The notes under the pieces are model-generated. The model was not told where the DNA came from. It was given only the letters and a program-made list of their open reading frames with translations, and ran no database searches. Positions 17,781-24,699 of a DNA stretch of 32,000 nucleotides are shown piece after piece (positions within the stretch are counted from its first letter, which is position 1; every line of letters starts with the position of its first letter). The DNA lies in contig JBAZRV010000007.1 in NCBI GenBank assembly GCA_041662745.1, forward strand, positions 2,028-34,027. The letters are read 5' to 3'. The position numbers were made by a program, and so were the translations under genes. Source of the stretch: Patescibacteria group bacterium (lineage in GTDB: Bacteria; Patescibacteriota; Patescibacteriia; 2-01-FULL-39-33).

Positions 17781-17866
17781 AAGCCAATATTAGAACTTTA
17801 AAAAACCAAGAATAAACAGGTAGTCGCCAATAGAAAAATTACCAAACCAACAAGGAGGACTAAACA

Positions 17867-18172
17867 ATGGACAAAGCCGATTGCGAACGACTACAACAAA
17901 TCATTGAAACGCTTGCCGAACTGCCTAAGGTTGGAGAAAAGGTTTTGCTGTATTATCACGCAAGCAAACACTCAGTAAGCTCGTTTCAAATGCAAGAAAT
18001 CTCGCATATTTCAGGGGATTGTAATGGTATATACTTTTTTTATATCAATAACAACCAGCAATTTCTAGTTTTTGATCAGACTTCCAAATTATGGCATTTA
18101 GCTGGGTTAGCCAGTCGATCAATTTCGGTTATCTGGGGTGAAGAATTGAAACCCGACTTTAATCCTGATTAA
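17867..18172 (+). CDS. hypothetical protein, 101 aa, no family recognised
   Basis: AAGGAGG 8 nt upstream of the ATG, a TTGACA-N17-TACCAT promoter, and an 8-bp hairpin with T-tract terminator downstream. Confidence 0.7.
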   Translation: MDKADCERLQQIIETLAELPKVGEKVLLYYHASKHSVSSFQMQEISHISGDCNGIYFFYINNNQQFLVFDQTSKLWHLAGLASRSISVIWGEELKPDFNPD

Positions 18173-18189
18173 ATCAAGTACCTTTCCCG

Positions 18190-18223
18190 CCCTCGGACAC
18201 TGCGATCCGAGGGTTTTATTTTC
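18190..18223 (+). terminator. intrinsic terminator of the 101-aa ORF
   Basis: CCCTCGGA-N8-TCCGAGGG followed by TTTTATTTT. Confidence 0.7.
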
Positions 18224-18229
18224 AAACAA

Positions 18230-18262
18230 AAATACTCCGACATCTGCCGGAGTATTTTTTAT
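18230..18262 (-). terminator. intrinsic terminator of fusA
   Basis: AAATACTCCG-N8-CGGAGTATTT, flanked by A and T runs, so it can work in both directions. Confidence 0.65.
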
Positions 18263-18271
18263 TTGATATTT

Positions 18272-20404
18272 TTAGCGTCTTTCTTCTTTCTTGCCTTGAC
18301 GACCTTCAATAATCTTCATTTCCACATTTTTCGGTACTTCCATGTATCTGGAAAATTCCATGGAATAATTGGCGCGGCCCTGAGTCATGGAACGCACAAT
18401 GGTGGCGTAGCCGAACATTTCGGCCAGCGGCACCTGGGCGCTGATAACCTTAACAGCCGAAGCGCCGACACCGCGGTCTTCCATCGAGCTAATGACGGCG
18501 CGGCGCGCGTTCAAATCACCGATAACATCGCCCATAAACTGTTCCGGGGTGGTTACTTCCACTTTCATTACCGGTTCCAAAATAACCGGAGTGGCGCGCT
18601 TAGCGGCATCCTGCAAAGCCATGGAGGCGGCGATTTTAAAGGCAGCTTCAGACGAATCAACTTCATGGTAAGAACCGTCATAAACGGTAACCTTAACGTC
18701 AATCAAGGGATAGCCAGCCAGAATACCACGTTCGGTCGCCTCTTTGGCGCCCTTCTCAATCGGCTTAATGAATTCACGGGGCACGGCGCCGCCTTTGATT
18801 TCGTCAGCAAAGACAAATCCCTGATTCGGTTCAGACGGTTCCACCCGCAACCAGCAATGGCCGTATTGGCCGCGACCGCCGGATTGGCGGATATATTTGC
18901 CTTCGGCTTCCGCCTTGCCTTTGATGGTTTCGCGATAAGCGACTTGAGGCTTGCCAATATTGGCTTCCACCTTAAATTCACGCTTCATGCGATCCACGAT
19001 AATATCCAAATGCAATTCGCCCATGCCGGAAATAATGGTCTGACCAGTTTCCTCATCGGTGTGAACGCGGAAAGTCGGATCCTCTTCAGCCAGTTTAGAC
19101 AAAGCCAAAGCCATCTTTTCTTGGTCGGCTTTGGTTTTTGGCTCAATCGCAATATCAATGACCGGATCGGGAAATTTAATTGATTCCAAAAGTATGGGGA
19201 AAGACGGATCAGACAAAGTATTGCCGGTAGTGACGTCTTTAATACCGACTAAAGCGGCGATTTCTCCGGCATACACCTCGTCAACTTCTTCGCGCGAGTT
19301 AGCATGCATGCGCAAAATGCGGCCGATGCGTTCTTTATTGCCGGTTTTATTGTTAATAATATAGGAACCTGATTTCAAAATACCGGAATACACGCGATAA
19401 AACACCAATTTTCCAACAAACGGATCGGTGGCAATCTTAAACGCCAAACCGGCCAAAGGCGCATCATCGGAAACAACTAAGGGTATCTCTTTTGTTTCAT
19501 CATCAACACTATGGCCGATGGGAGCCGGGACCTCCAAGGGGTTGGGCAAATATTCGGCAACGGCATTAAGCAAAAATTGCACGCCCTTATTCTTCAGGGC
19601 GCTGCCGCATAATATCGGCACGAGTTTATTGGCGATAGTGGCTTTTCTTAAGGCCCTCTTCAAATCAATCACCGGCACTTCTTCACCGGCCAGATATTTT
19701 TCCATCAAAGTTTCGTCAGTTTCCACAATGGCCTCCACTAATTTGTGGCGATACTCCTTGGCTCTCTCTAGTTCGTCAGCCGGAACATCAGTGATCTCCC
19801 ATTTGGTTCCCAAATCATCGGAATAAACTTCCGCCTTCATTTCAAACAAATCAATAATGCCGGTGAAAGTATCGGCGGCGCCGATCGGCAGTTGAATCGG
19901 ATGGGCATGGGGAGTCAGTCGATCATAAATTGATTTAAGATCATTATAAAAGTTGGCGCCCATGCGATCCATTTTATTGACGAAACCAAGCTTAGGCACA
20001 TGATACTTCTCTGATTGGCGCCAAACGGTTTCCGATTGCGGTTCCACGCCGGCTACGCCGTCAAACACAATGACGCCGCCGTCCAAGACGCGCAAAGAAC
20101 GCTCCACTTCAGCAGTGAAATCCACGTGGCCCGGGGTATCAATCAAATTGATCTGGATATCTTGACCGCCCAGCCAGTCGGCGTTAGGCCAATAACAAGT
20201 GGTAGCGGCCGAGGTAATGGTGATACCGCGTTCGCGTTCTTGCTCCATCCAATCCATAGTGGCTTCGCCCTCATGGACTTCACCGATTTTATGTTTCTTT
20301 CCGGTATAAAAAAGAATGCGCTCGGATACGGTGGTTTTGCCGGCGTCAATATGAGCGATAATACCGATGTTTCTAATTCTTTCTAAAGGTGTTTTACGGG
20401 GCAT
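18272..20404 (-). CDS. fusA: elongation factor G
   Basis: 710 aa, …[16 protein letters not shown]…DTPGHVDF…, full five-domain length. Confidence 0.97.
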   Translation of the reverse strand: MPRKTPLERIRNIGIIAHIDAGKTTVSERILFYTGKKHKIGEVHEGEATMDWMEQERERGITITSAATTCYWPNADWLGGQDIQINLIDTPGHVDFTAEVERSLRVLDGGVIVFDGVAGVEPQSETVWRQSEKYHVPKLGFVNKMDRMGANFYNDLKSIYDRLTPHAHPIQLPIGAADTFTGIIDLFEMKAEVYSDDLGTKWEITDVPADELERAKEYRHKLVEAIVETDETLMEKYLAGEEVPVIDLKRALRKATIANKLVPILCGSALKNKGVQFLLNAVAEYLPNPLEVPAPIGHSVDDETKEIPLVVSDDAPLAGLAFKIATDPFVGKLVFYRVYSGILKSGSYIINNKTGNKERIGRILRMHANSREEVDEVYAGEIAALVGIKDVTTGNTLSDPSFPILLESIKFPDPVIDIAIEPKTKADQEKMALALSKLAEEDPTFRVHTDEETGQTIISGMGELHLDIIVDRMKREFKVEANIGKPQVAYRETIKGKAEAEGKYIRQSGGRGQYGHCWLRVEPSEPNQGFVFADEIKGGAVPREFIKPIEKGAKEATERGILAGYPLIDVKVTVYDGSYHEVDSSEAAFKIAASMALQDAAKRATPVILEPVMKVEVTTPEQFMGDVIGDLNARRAVISSMEDRGVGASAVKVISAQVPLAEMFGYATIVRSMTQGRANYSMEFSRYMEVPKNVEMKIIEGRQGKKEERR

Positions 20405-20450
20405 ACTGGTTAATTACAAATTACGAATTAATAATTACAAATTTTTACTG

Positions 20451-20515
20451 ATAAATATTTAAATTTTATAAAACTTTTTGGAAGAGGCGAAAGCACGAGC
20501 TGTCGCCTCGAAAAA
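20451..20515 (-). repeat. 65-nt cassette 3' flank, copy 1 (downstream of 20528..20827)
   Basis: ATAAATATTTAAATTTTATAAAACTTTTTGGAAGAGGCGAAAGCACGAGCTGTCGCCTCGAAAAA matches 21300..21364 at 63 of 65 positions. Confidence 0.9.
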
Positions 20516-20516
20516 G
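20463..20516 (-). terminator. terminator-like extended hairpin inside flank copy 1
   Basis: Minus strand: CUUUUU-c-GAGGCGA-loop-UCGCCUC-uucc-AAAAAG, then UUUUAUAAAAUUU. Confidence 0.55.
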
Positions 20517-20527
20517 AAAAAAATAAA

Positions 20528-20827
20528 TCAACTTCCACCAGCTAAATAATACAATTTCAATGAGTCCATTTCTTCTAATTCCGTCTCGCTCATACCCTTG
20601 ACCGCTTTAATAAGTTTCCTTGCCCAAGCCAAGGCTTCTTTCTTTGATTTGAAATTGTGGTTTGTCTCAAATAAGATCTCGCCGTGATACTTAATGCATG
20701 CATCAAACTTACCTTCATGACGAGTACGACGACTTGACGCTGATGTGTCTGGCCCCTCAGATTCACAATGAAGATCTTTCTTGGGTTTCGACTTAATAGT
20801 CATTAAAGCAAACATACTTAACATCAT
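20528..20827 (-). CDS. small hypothetical protein, cassette B gene 2 (paralog family, type a)
   Basis: Start moved to ATGATG at 20827 (MMLSMFALMTIK…) with AAGGAG 6 nt upstream; the ORF-track start at 20851 is a TTG. Shares the motif NHNFKSKKEALAWARKLIKAV and its N-terminus with 21703..22050. Confidence 0.75.
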   Translation of the reverse strand: MMLSMFALMTIKSKPKKDLHCESEGPDTSASSRRTRHEGKFDACIKYHGEILFETNHNFKSKKEALAWARKLIKAVKGMSETELEEMDSLKLYYLAGGS

Positions 20828-20853
20828 GGCTTTCTCCTTTTTGGCTGTCAATA

Positions 20854-21183
20854 TTAAGGCAATCTTAGAATAATTACTCTATTCTGTTTATCGGGATCAA
20901 CCTGGATAGCTCTGCCCTTACTAAAAGTATGAGATTTCGGCGGTAATCCTTTTAATAGATCCAATAACCTATTGCCCCACTCAGTTGCTTCTTTAGGAGT
21001 TTCAAATACGGCTTCGGTATGTAAAATGGGATGATCAAAATTATCATTCAGGCATAAACAGGACGAAAATCTAAACTTAACTTCTCCGCCATCATGGCCA
21101 ATGAACCGACCAAATCTTACCGTCAAAGAATCCAATTCTGATTTGCTAATACTAACCCCCAGTTCAGCCTGACTAACTTCCAT
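20854..21183 (-). CDS. small hypothetical protein, cassette B gene 1 (paralog family, type b)
   Basis: 109 aa with GGGAGGG 7 nt upstream. Motif EAVFETPKEATEWGNRLLDLL. Confidence 0.75.
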   Translation of the reverse strand: MEVSQAELGVSISKSELDSLTVRFGRFIGHDGGEVKFRFSSCLCLNDNFDHPILHTEAVFETPKEATEWGNRLLDLLKGLPPKSHTFSKGRAIQVDPDKQNRVIILRLP

Positions 21184-21200
21184 TGCCTTTCCCTCCCATC

Positions 21201-21232
21201 AGTTGATTTTTTCTTTTAAGGTTCAAAGTTAC
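21201..21232 (-). repeat. conserved cassette 5' leader, copy B
   Basis: AGTTGATTTTTTCTTTTAAGGTTCAAAGTTAC aligns with 22066..22097 with 2 substitutions and 1 indel. Confidence 0.8.
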
Positions 21233-21299
21233 GAGTGATTTGCTATTCCCACCAAGAATCGGCACAATATTTCATGCATTCGCGTTTTGAATACAAACA

Positions 21300-21364
21300 A
21301 TAAATATTTAAATTTTATAAAACTTTTTGGAAGAGGCGAAAGCACGAACTGTCGCCTCAAAAAA
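21300..21364 (-). repeat. 65-nt cassette 3' flank, copy 2 (downstream of 21365..21706)
   Basis: Differs from copy 1 at two positions: 21348 is A where copy 1 has G, and 21359 is A where copy 1 has G. Confidence 0.9.
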
Positions 21365-21365
21365 T
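21312..21365 (-). terminator. terminator-like extended hairpin inside flank copy 2
   Basis: Same structure as copy 1, offset by +849 nt. Confidence 0.55.
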
Positions 21366-21706
21366 CAACCTATATTTAATTCGACAAACTCCTTACCGTT
21401 TTCCTTGCTTAATTGGGATAAAATCCAAATTAAATTAGAGCATTTGTCACCCCAATCCGTGGCTTTTTCCCAAGAATCAAAAACTGATTTTGTTTCCAGT
21501 ATGGTAGTGGTCTGAATTGGCAATTTTCTACAACTTTCTTTGCGCTTGTCATCACAAATACCGCCAGGACAAACGCCTTCACATTGATAAATACGAACTC
21601 GATATTTGGCTTGACGCTTGTTTTTTTTAGAACAGCCAATTTGTTTTACCTCATAATGCAATGGCTGATCAGCGGTGAAGCTTATGGTTCCGGAAAATCC
21701 GATCAT
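21365..21706 (-). CDS. small hypothetical protein, cassette A gene 2 (paralog family, type b, with a Cys-rich loop)
   Basis: 113 aa. ATGA overlap with the upstream gene and AAGGAG 7 nt upstream. Motif KSVFDSWEKATDWGDKCSNLI. Loop CEGVCPGGICDDKRKESC. Confidence 0.75.
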   Translation of the reverse strand: MIGFSGTISFTADQPLHYEVKQIGCSKKNKRQAKYRVRIYQCEGVCPGGICDDKRKESCRKLPIQTTTILETKSVFDSWEKATDWGDKCSNLIWILSQLSKENGKEFVELNIG

Positions 21707-22050
21707 GGTTTTTCTCCTTGTTCGGCTTCGGCCAACTTTTCTTCCAAAGCAACAACTTCATTTATAATCTTTTCCATTCTGGCCCATTTCTCCGCAGGAA
21801 TATTCTCTTCAAATAATTCCACTTCCGGTTCCGTTCTAATCGCATTAACAAATCTTTCTGCCCAAGATATAGCCTGTTCTGCCGAATCGAAAATATCATT
21901 AGTGTTGAGAACTGGCCGATGGTATTCACCATAGTTATAAAGATTTATCCAAGCGACAAACTTGCCCCCCTTCTTTGACGGCCCACCAGCATCGCACTTA
22001 ACATCATCACCACGATTCTGAATAACTAGAAAATCAATCATAGACAGCAT
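21703..22050 (-). CDS. small hypothetical protein, cassette A gene 1 (paralog family, type a)
   Basis: 115 aa with AAGGAG 7 nt upstream. Motif NDIFDSAEQAISWAERFVNAI. C-terminal helical acidic tail. Confidence 0.75.
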   Translation of the reverse strand: MLSMIDFLVIQNRGDDVKCDAGGPSKKGGKFVAWINLYNYGEYHRPVLNTNDIFDSAEQAISWAERFVNAIRTEPEVELFEENIPAEKWARMEKIINEVVALEEKLAEAEQGEKP

Positions 22051-22065
22051 ATTTCTTCTCCTTCT

Positions 22066-22097
22066 AGTTGATTTTTTGTTTTAAAGGTTCAAATTAC
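22066..22097 (-). repeat. conserved cassette 5' leader, copy A
   Basis: AGTTGATTTTTTGTTTTAAAGGTTCAAATTAC, directly upstream of the AAGGAG of 21703..22050. Confidence 0.8.
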
Positions 22098-22120
22098 TTA
22101 TTACTTGTTACGTATTACTT
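22093..22120 (-). repeat. heptamer array ATTACTT ATTACTT GTTACGT ATTACTT abutting the rpsG stop
   Basis: The sense strand reads TAA-AAGTAAT-ACGTAAC-AAGTAAT-AAGTAAT: four TAA spaced 7 nt apart, hitting every frame. Confidence 0.75.
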
Positions 22121-22588
22121 TTATCTGGAAAAATGCGCAAAGGCCCGGTTGGCTTCGGCCATTCTGTAAGTGTCTTGCTTCTTCTTGATGGCAGTACCCT
22201 CGCTATTGTAAGCGGCGATCAATTCTTCTGCCAACTTAACGGCCATGCGCCGGCCTCTTTTGGCCTTGGCGGCGCCGATAATCCAACGGCAGCCCAAAGT
22301 ATAACTGCGGGAAGGACGGACAGCCATCGGCACTTGATAGTTGGCGCCACCAACGCGGCGACCCTTGATTTCCACGGTCGGGGCGGCATTCTTGATGGCC
22401 GTATCAAACACAACCAAAGGATCAACTTTTGTCTTATCGGAAATAATTTCTAAGGCTTCGTAAACAATACCCTTGGCGACGGACTTTTTGCCGCGCTCCA
22501 TGATATAATTGATAAATTTAGCGATATCCTCGCGGTTATATTTCTCATCGGGAGCAATCGCTCTTTTTGTTGCTGGTTTACCTCTCAT
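22121..22588 (-). CDS. rpsG: 30S ribosomal protein S7
   Basis: 155 aa with uS7 sequence (…VEIKGRRVGGANYQVPMAVRP…). Confidence 0.96.
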   Translation of the reverse strand: MRGKPATKRAIAPDEKYNREDIAKFINYIMERGKKSVAKGIVYEALEIISDKTKVDPLVVFDTAIKNAAPTVEIKGRRVGGANYQVPMAVRPSRSYTLGCRWIIGAAKAKRGRRMAVKLAEELIAAYNSEGTAIKKKQDTYRMAEANRAFAHFSR

Positions 22589-22696
22589 AATATTGTTAGT
22601 TAAAAGTCAAAAGTCTTAAAGCCGTTAAAGTTTTGATTCGATCAGCATACTAACATTCTTTTTGACTTTACGGGTTAGACTTTAGACTGGCCAAGT
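22589..22696 (-). repeat. AAAGTC-family structured spacer (rpsL to rpsG)
   Basis: Arms AAAAGTC AAAAGTC TTAAAGC CGTTAAA (22602..22629) and GACTTTA CGGGTTA GACTTTA GACTGGC (22664..22691) form an imperfect inverted repeat. Confidence 0.65.
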
Positions 22697-23125
22697 TTAT
22701 TTAGCGGCCTTCTTCTCTTTCTTCATTCCATACAAGCTACGACCGCGCTTGCGATTAGCCACGCCGGCGGAATCATAGACACCGCGGACAATGTGATAAC
22801 GGACACCGGGCAAATCCTTGACTCTGCCGCCACGCACCATAACAATAGAGTGCTCTTGCAGATTATGGCCAATGCCGGGGATATAAGCAGTAACCTCCTG
22901 GCCGTTAGACAAACGGACACGGGCAATTTTACGCAAAGCGGAGTTCGGCTTTTTCGGCGTAGTGGTTCTTACAACCGTGCACACGCCACGCTTAAAGGGA
23001 TTGCCTTTCTGCATGGTGTGTTTACGGCGATGCAAACTGTCCAAAGTAGTCTGGATATCAGGCGTTTTTGATTTTGCAACTTTGGGCTTGCGACCCTTCT
23101 TAAGTAATTGGTTTATTGTAGGCAT
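22697..23125 (-). CDS. rpsL: 30S ribosomal protein S12 (with an insertion of about 12 aa near the N-terminus)
   Basis: 142 aa, [12 protein letters not shown]…[12 protein letters not shown]…[14 protein letters not shown]. Confidence 0.96.
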   Translation of the reverse strand: MPTINQLLKKGRKPKVAKSKTPDIQTTLDSLHRRKHTMQKGNPFKRGVCTVVRTTTPKKPNSALRKIARVRLSNGQEVTAYIPGIGHNLQEHSIVMVRGGRVKDLPGVRYHIVRGVYDSAGVANRKRGRSLYGMKKEKKAAK

Positions 23126-23169
23126 AACTGAAATAGTTACAAGTTAAGATTAAAAATTACAGATAAAAA

Positions 23170-23198
23170 ATTATATATTTAATAAAATTAACGATTAA
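23170..23198 (-). promoter_or_regulatory. proximal rpsL promoter candidate TTAATC-N17-TATAAT
   Basis: -35 at 23198..23193 and -10 at 23175..23170, about 45 nt before the rpsL ATG. Confidence 0.45.
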
Positions 23199-23284
23199 AA
23201 CGTTAGATTTCAGCCAAAATTACCAAAGTTCATCACTATTGGTCGGAAGCTCACGTTCAATAAGCAAACGACCGCAAGAGAATG

Positions 23285-23309
23285 AAAAAATCCCAATTCC
23301 GGAATGGGA
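23285..23309 (-). terminator. hairpin with T6 in the GNAT-rpsL intergenic region
   Basis: Minus strand: TCCCATTCCGGAATTGGGA followed by TTTTTTC. Confidence 0.5.
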
Positions 23310-23378
23310 CTCTTCGGATAACTTGGCTAATTTTAAACAATTTAACCGAAAATATTGTTACTATTTTTTATAGATATT

Positions 23379-23407
23379 ATTTTAACCGATTTTAGCTCAA
23401 AAGTCAA
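23379..23407 (-). promoter_or_regulatory. distal promoter candidate TTGACT-N17-TAAAAT
   Basis: -35 at 23407..23402 and -10 at 23384..23379. It lies upstream of the hairpin at 23285..23309. Confidence 0.5.
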
Positions 23408-23423
23408 CGCCAAAAATCAACAA

Positions 23424-23882
23424 TTAACCGGCTATGACCTTTTCATAAACAAAAGCCGCTTGGTGTCCATACAGACTTTTAATTCGGCCTCGATTCCTAA
23501 ATCCCAATTTTTTATAAAAATGCAGAGTTTTCCTTTCGTCTGCGGCCGCATCAACGAATAAGCTTTCACCAGGCTTTAATCTCTTAACCACGGCATTGAC
23601 TAATTTGGTGCCAATGCCCAAGCCGCGGTATTTAGGACTGACAATCAGAATACGCAACCAATTCTGCACAATATCTTGGCTGACATAAATAATGCCGCCA
23701 GCCAGATCCTCGCCTGCTAACGCTACAAAACTTAAACCCTTTTGCTTATACGCTTCCCTCAGATACTCCTTAGTCAACCACTCATCCTTCGGCCACTCCG
23801 CCTTACCCAATTTCAATAACTTAACCAAATCGGTTGCGCGCATCTTTCTTATGGCCACTTTTGATTTTAAAGCTGATGGCAT
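23424..23882 (-). CDS. GNAT family N-acetyltransferase (RimI-like)
   Basis: 152 aa. LIVSPKYRGLGIGTKLVNAVV is the acetyl-CoA-binding Q/RxxGxG/A motif. Confidence 0.8.
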   Translation of the reverse strand: MPSALKSKVAIRKMRATDLVKLLKLGKAEWPKDEWLTKEYLREAYKQKGLSFVALAGEDLAGGIIYVSQDIVQNWLRILIVSPKYRGLGIGTKLVNAVVKRLKPGESLFVDAAADERKTLHFYKKLGFRNRGRIKSLYGHQAAFVYEKVIAG

Positions 23883-23890
23883 ATTTTCAA

Positions 23891-24520
23891 CTATAAAAAT
23901 CTGCTTAAAATGTTTATCAGCCGCTGGAAAAGACTGCCGAAAATTCCAACATTAGTAAAATTATCAATTAGCACCAGGGCTAATAAAATATACGGCCCAT
24001 ACATTAGGTATTTTTCCTTAAAGTCTGAAAATTTATCCGGGATAACGGCCAGCAACACCCTGGATCCGTCCAGCGGGGGTATGGGAATTAAATTAAAAAC
24101 AAAAAGAGAGATATTGATTAAAACCAACAGGAATAAAAAATTAACTAATAAATTCATCGGTCCCAATGCGGGTGAAATCATTTTGAAAAGGACGGCAAAA
24201 ATAAACATTCCCAAAAGATTGGCTAAGGGGCCGGCAAAAGCTACCGCTGCCGTACCCCAACGACCGCCGCGCAAATTATAAGGGTTGACCGGCACCGGCT
24301 TAGCCCAGCCAAAACCGGCGATCAACATCATAATAAATCCTAACGGATCCAAATGAACCAGCGGGTTGAAATTCAGCCGGCCCTCGTCTTTGGCGGTGGA
24401 ATCGCCCAATAAATTAGCGGCCAGAGCATGGAAAAATTCATGAATGGTCAAAGTAACTAAAATTGCCAAAATCCAAGAAAGAAAAAATAACGGTTCGGTA
24501 AACAGCCAATTTAAGGGCAT
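23891..24520 (-). CDS. site-2 protease family (peptidase M50) membrane metalloprotease
   Basis: 209 aa, multi-TM. HEFFHALAA (HExxH) and NLIPIPPLDGSRVL motifs. Confidence 0.85.
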   Translation of the reverse strand: MPLNWLFTEPLFFLSWILAILVTLTIHEFFHALAANLLGDSTAKDEGRLNFNPLVHLDPLGFIMMLIAGFGWAKPVPVNPYNLRGGRWGTAAVAFAGPLANLLGMFIFAVLFKMISPALGPMNLLVNFLFLLVLINISLFVFNLIPIPPLDGSRVLLAVIPDKFSDFKEKYLMYGPYILLALVLIDNFTNVGIFGSLFQRLINILSRFL

Positions 24521-24571
24521 AAGGCTAATTATTGGTTAAAGCTTGATAATCACGACTGAATCTTACCATAT

Positions 24572-24600
24572 TTGACTTGTTTGTTCAAATTTGTTAGAAT
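24572..24600 (+). promoter_or_regulatory. rpmB promoter TTGACT-N17-TAGAAT
   Basis: Hexamers read directly. The leader is about 93 nt. Confidence 0.6.
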
Positions 24601-24699
24601 AACTTTACATTTTGAAACTCAAATACCTCAGTTCAGCAGGCAACATTAAACCGCCCTGATTCCGAGGTAATATTTTAAAAAAATAATTTTACATTTTAT

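Noticed and set aside
17693-17866. T-box leader upstream of valS
   Set aside because: Only about 170 nt is available, and it is shared with a divergent promoter. No T-box sequence or specifier-loop architecture is recognisable. A TTGAAA-N17-TAGGAT match would leave only a leader of about 8 nt.
18263-19183. 306-aa plus-strand ORF, with other long antisense ORFs at 7004..7553, 10883..11356, 12232..12744 and 16039..16479
   Set aside because: They lie antisense to unmistakable fusA, rpsC, rplC, tuf and valS genes. Their composition is low-complexity and mirror-image, and they have no start signals. They are typical shadow ORFs.
21232-21300. 16-codon ORF (MHEILCRFLVGIANHS) and promoter-like hexamers between the two cassettes
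   Set aside because: There is no SD site despite strong SD sites on all neighbouring cassette genes. The hexamer matches (TTGTAT/AAATAT) are weak.
20451-21364. Whether the 65-nt cassette-end repeats are integron attC sites (a CALIN-like array)
   Set aside because: I found no GTTRRRY / RYYYAAC core sites and no integrase in the window. There are only two copies, and each unit carries two genes with its own leader. I kept it as a generic cassette observation, not an integron call.
21327-21934. Plus-strand ORFs (62 aa and 116 aa) antisense to the cassette genes
   Set aside because: The minus-strand genes have SD sites, an ATGA coupling and mutual paralogy. The plus-strand ORFs have none.
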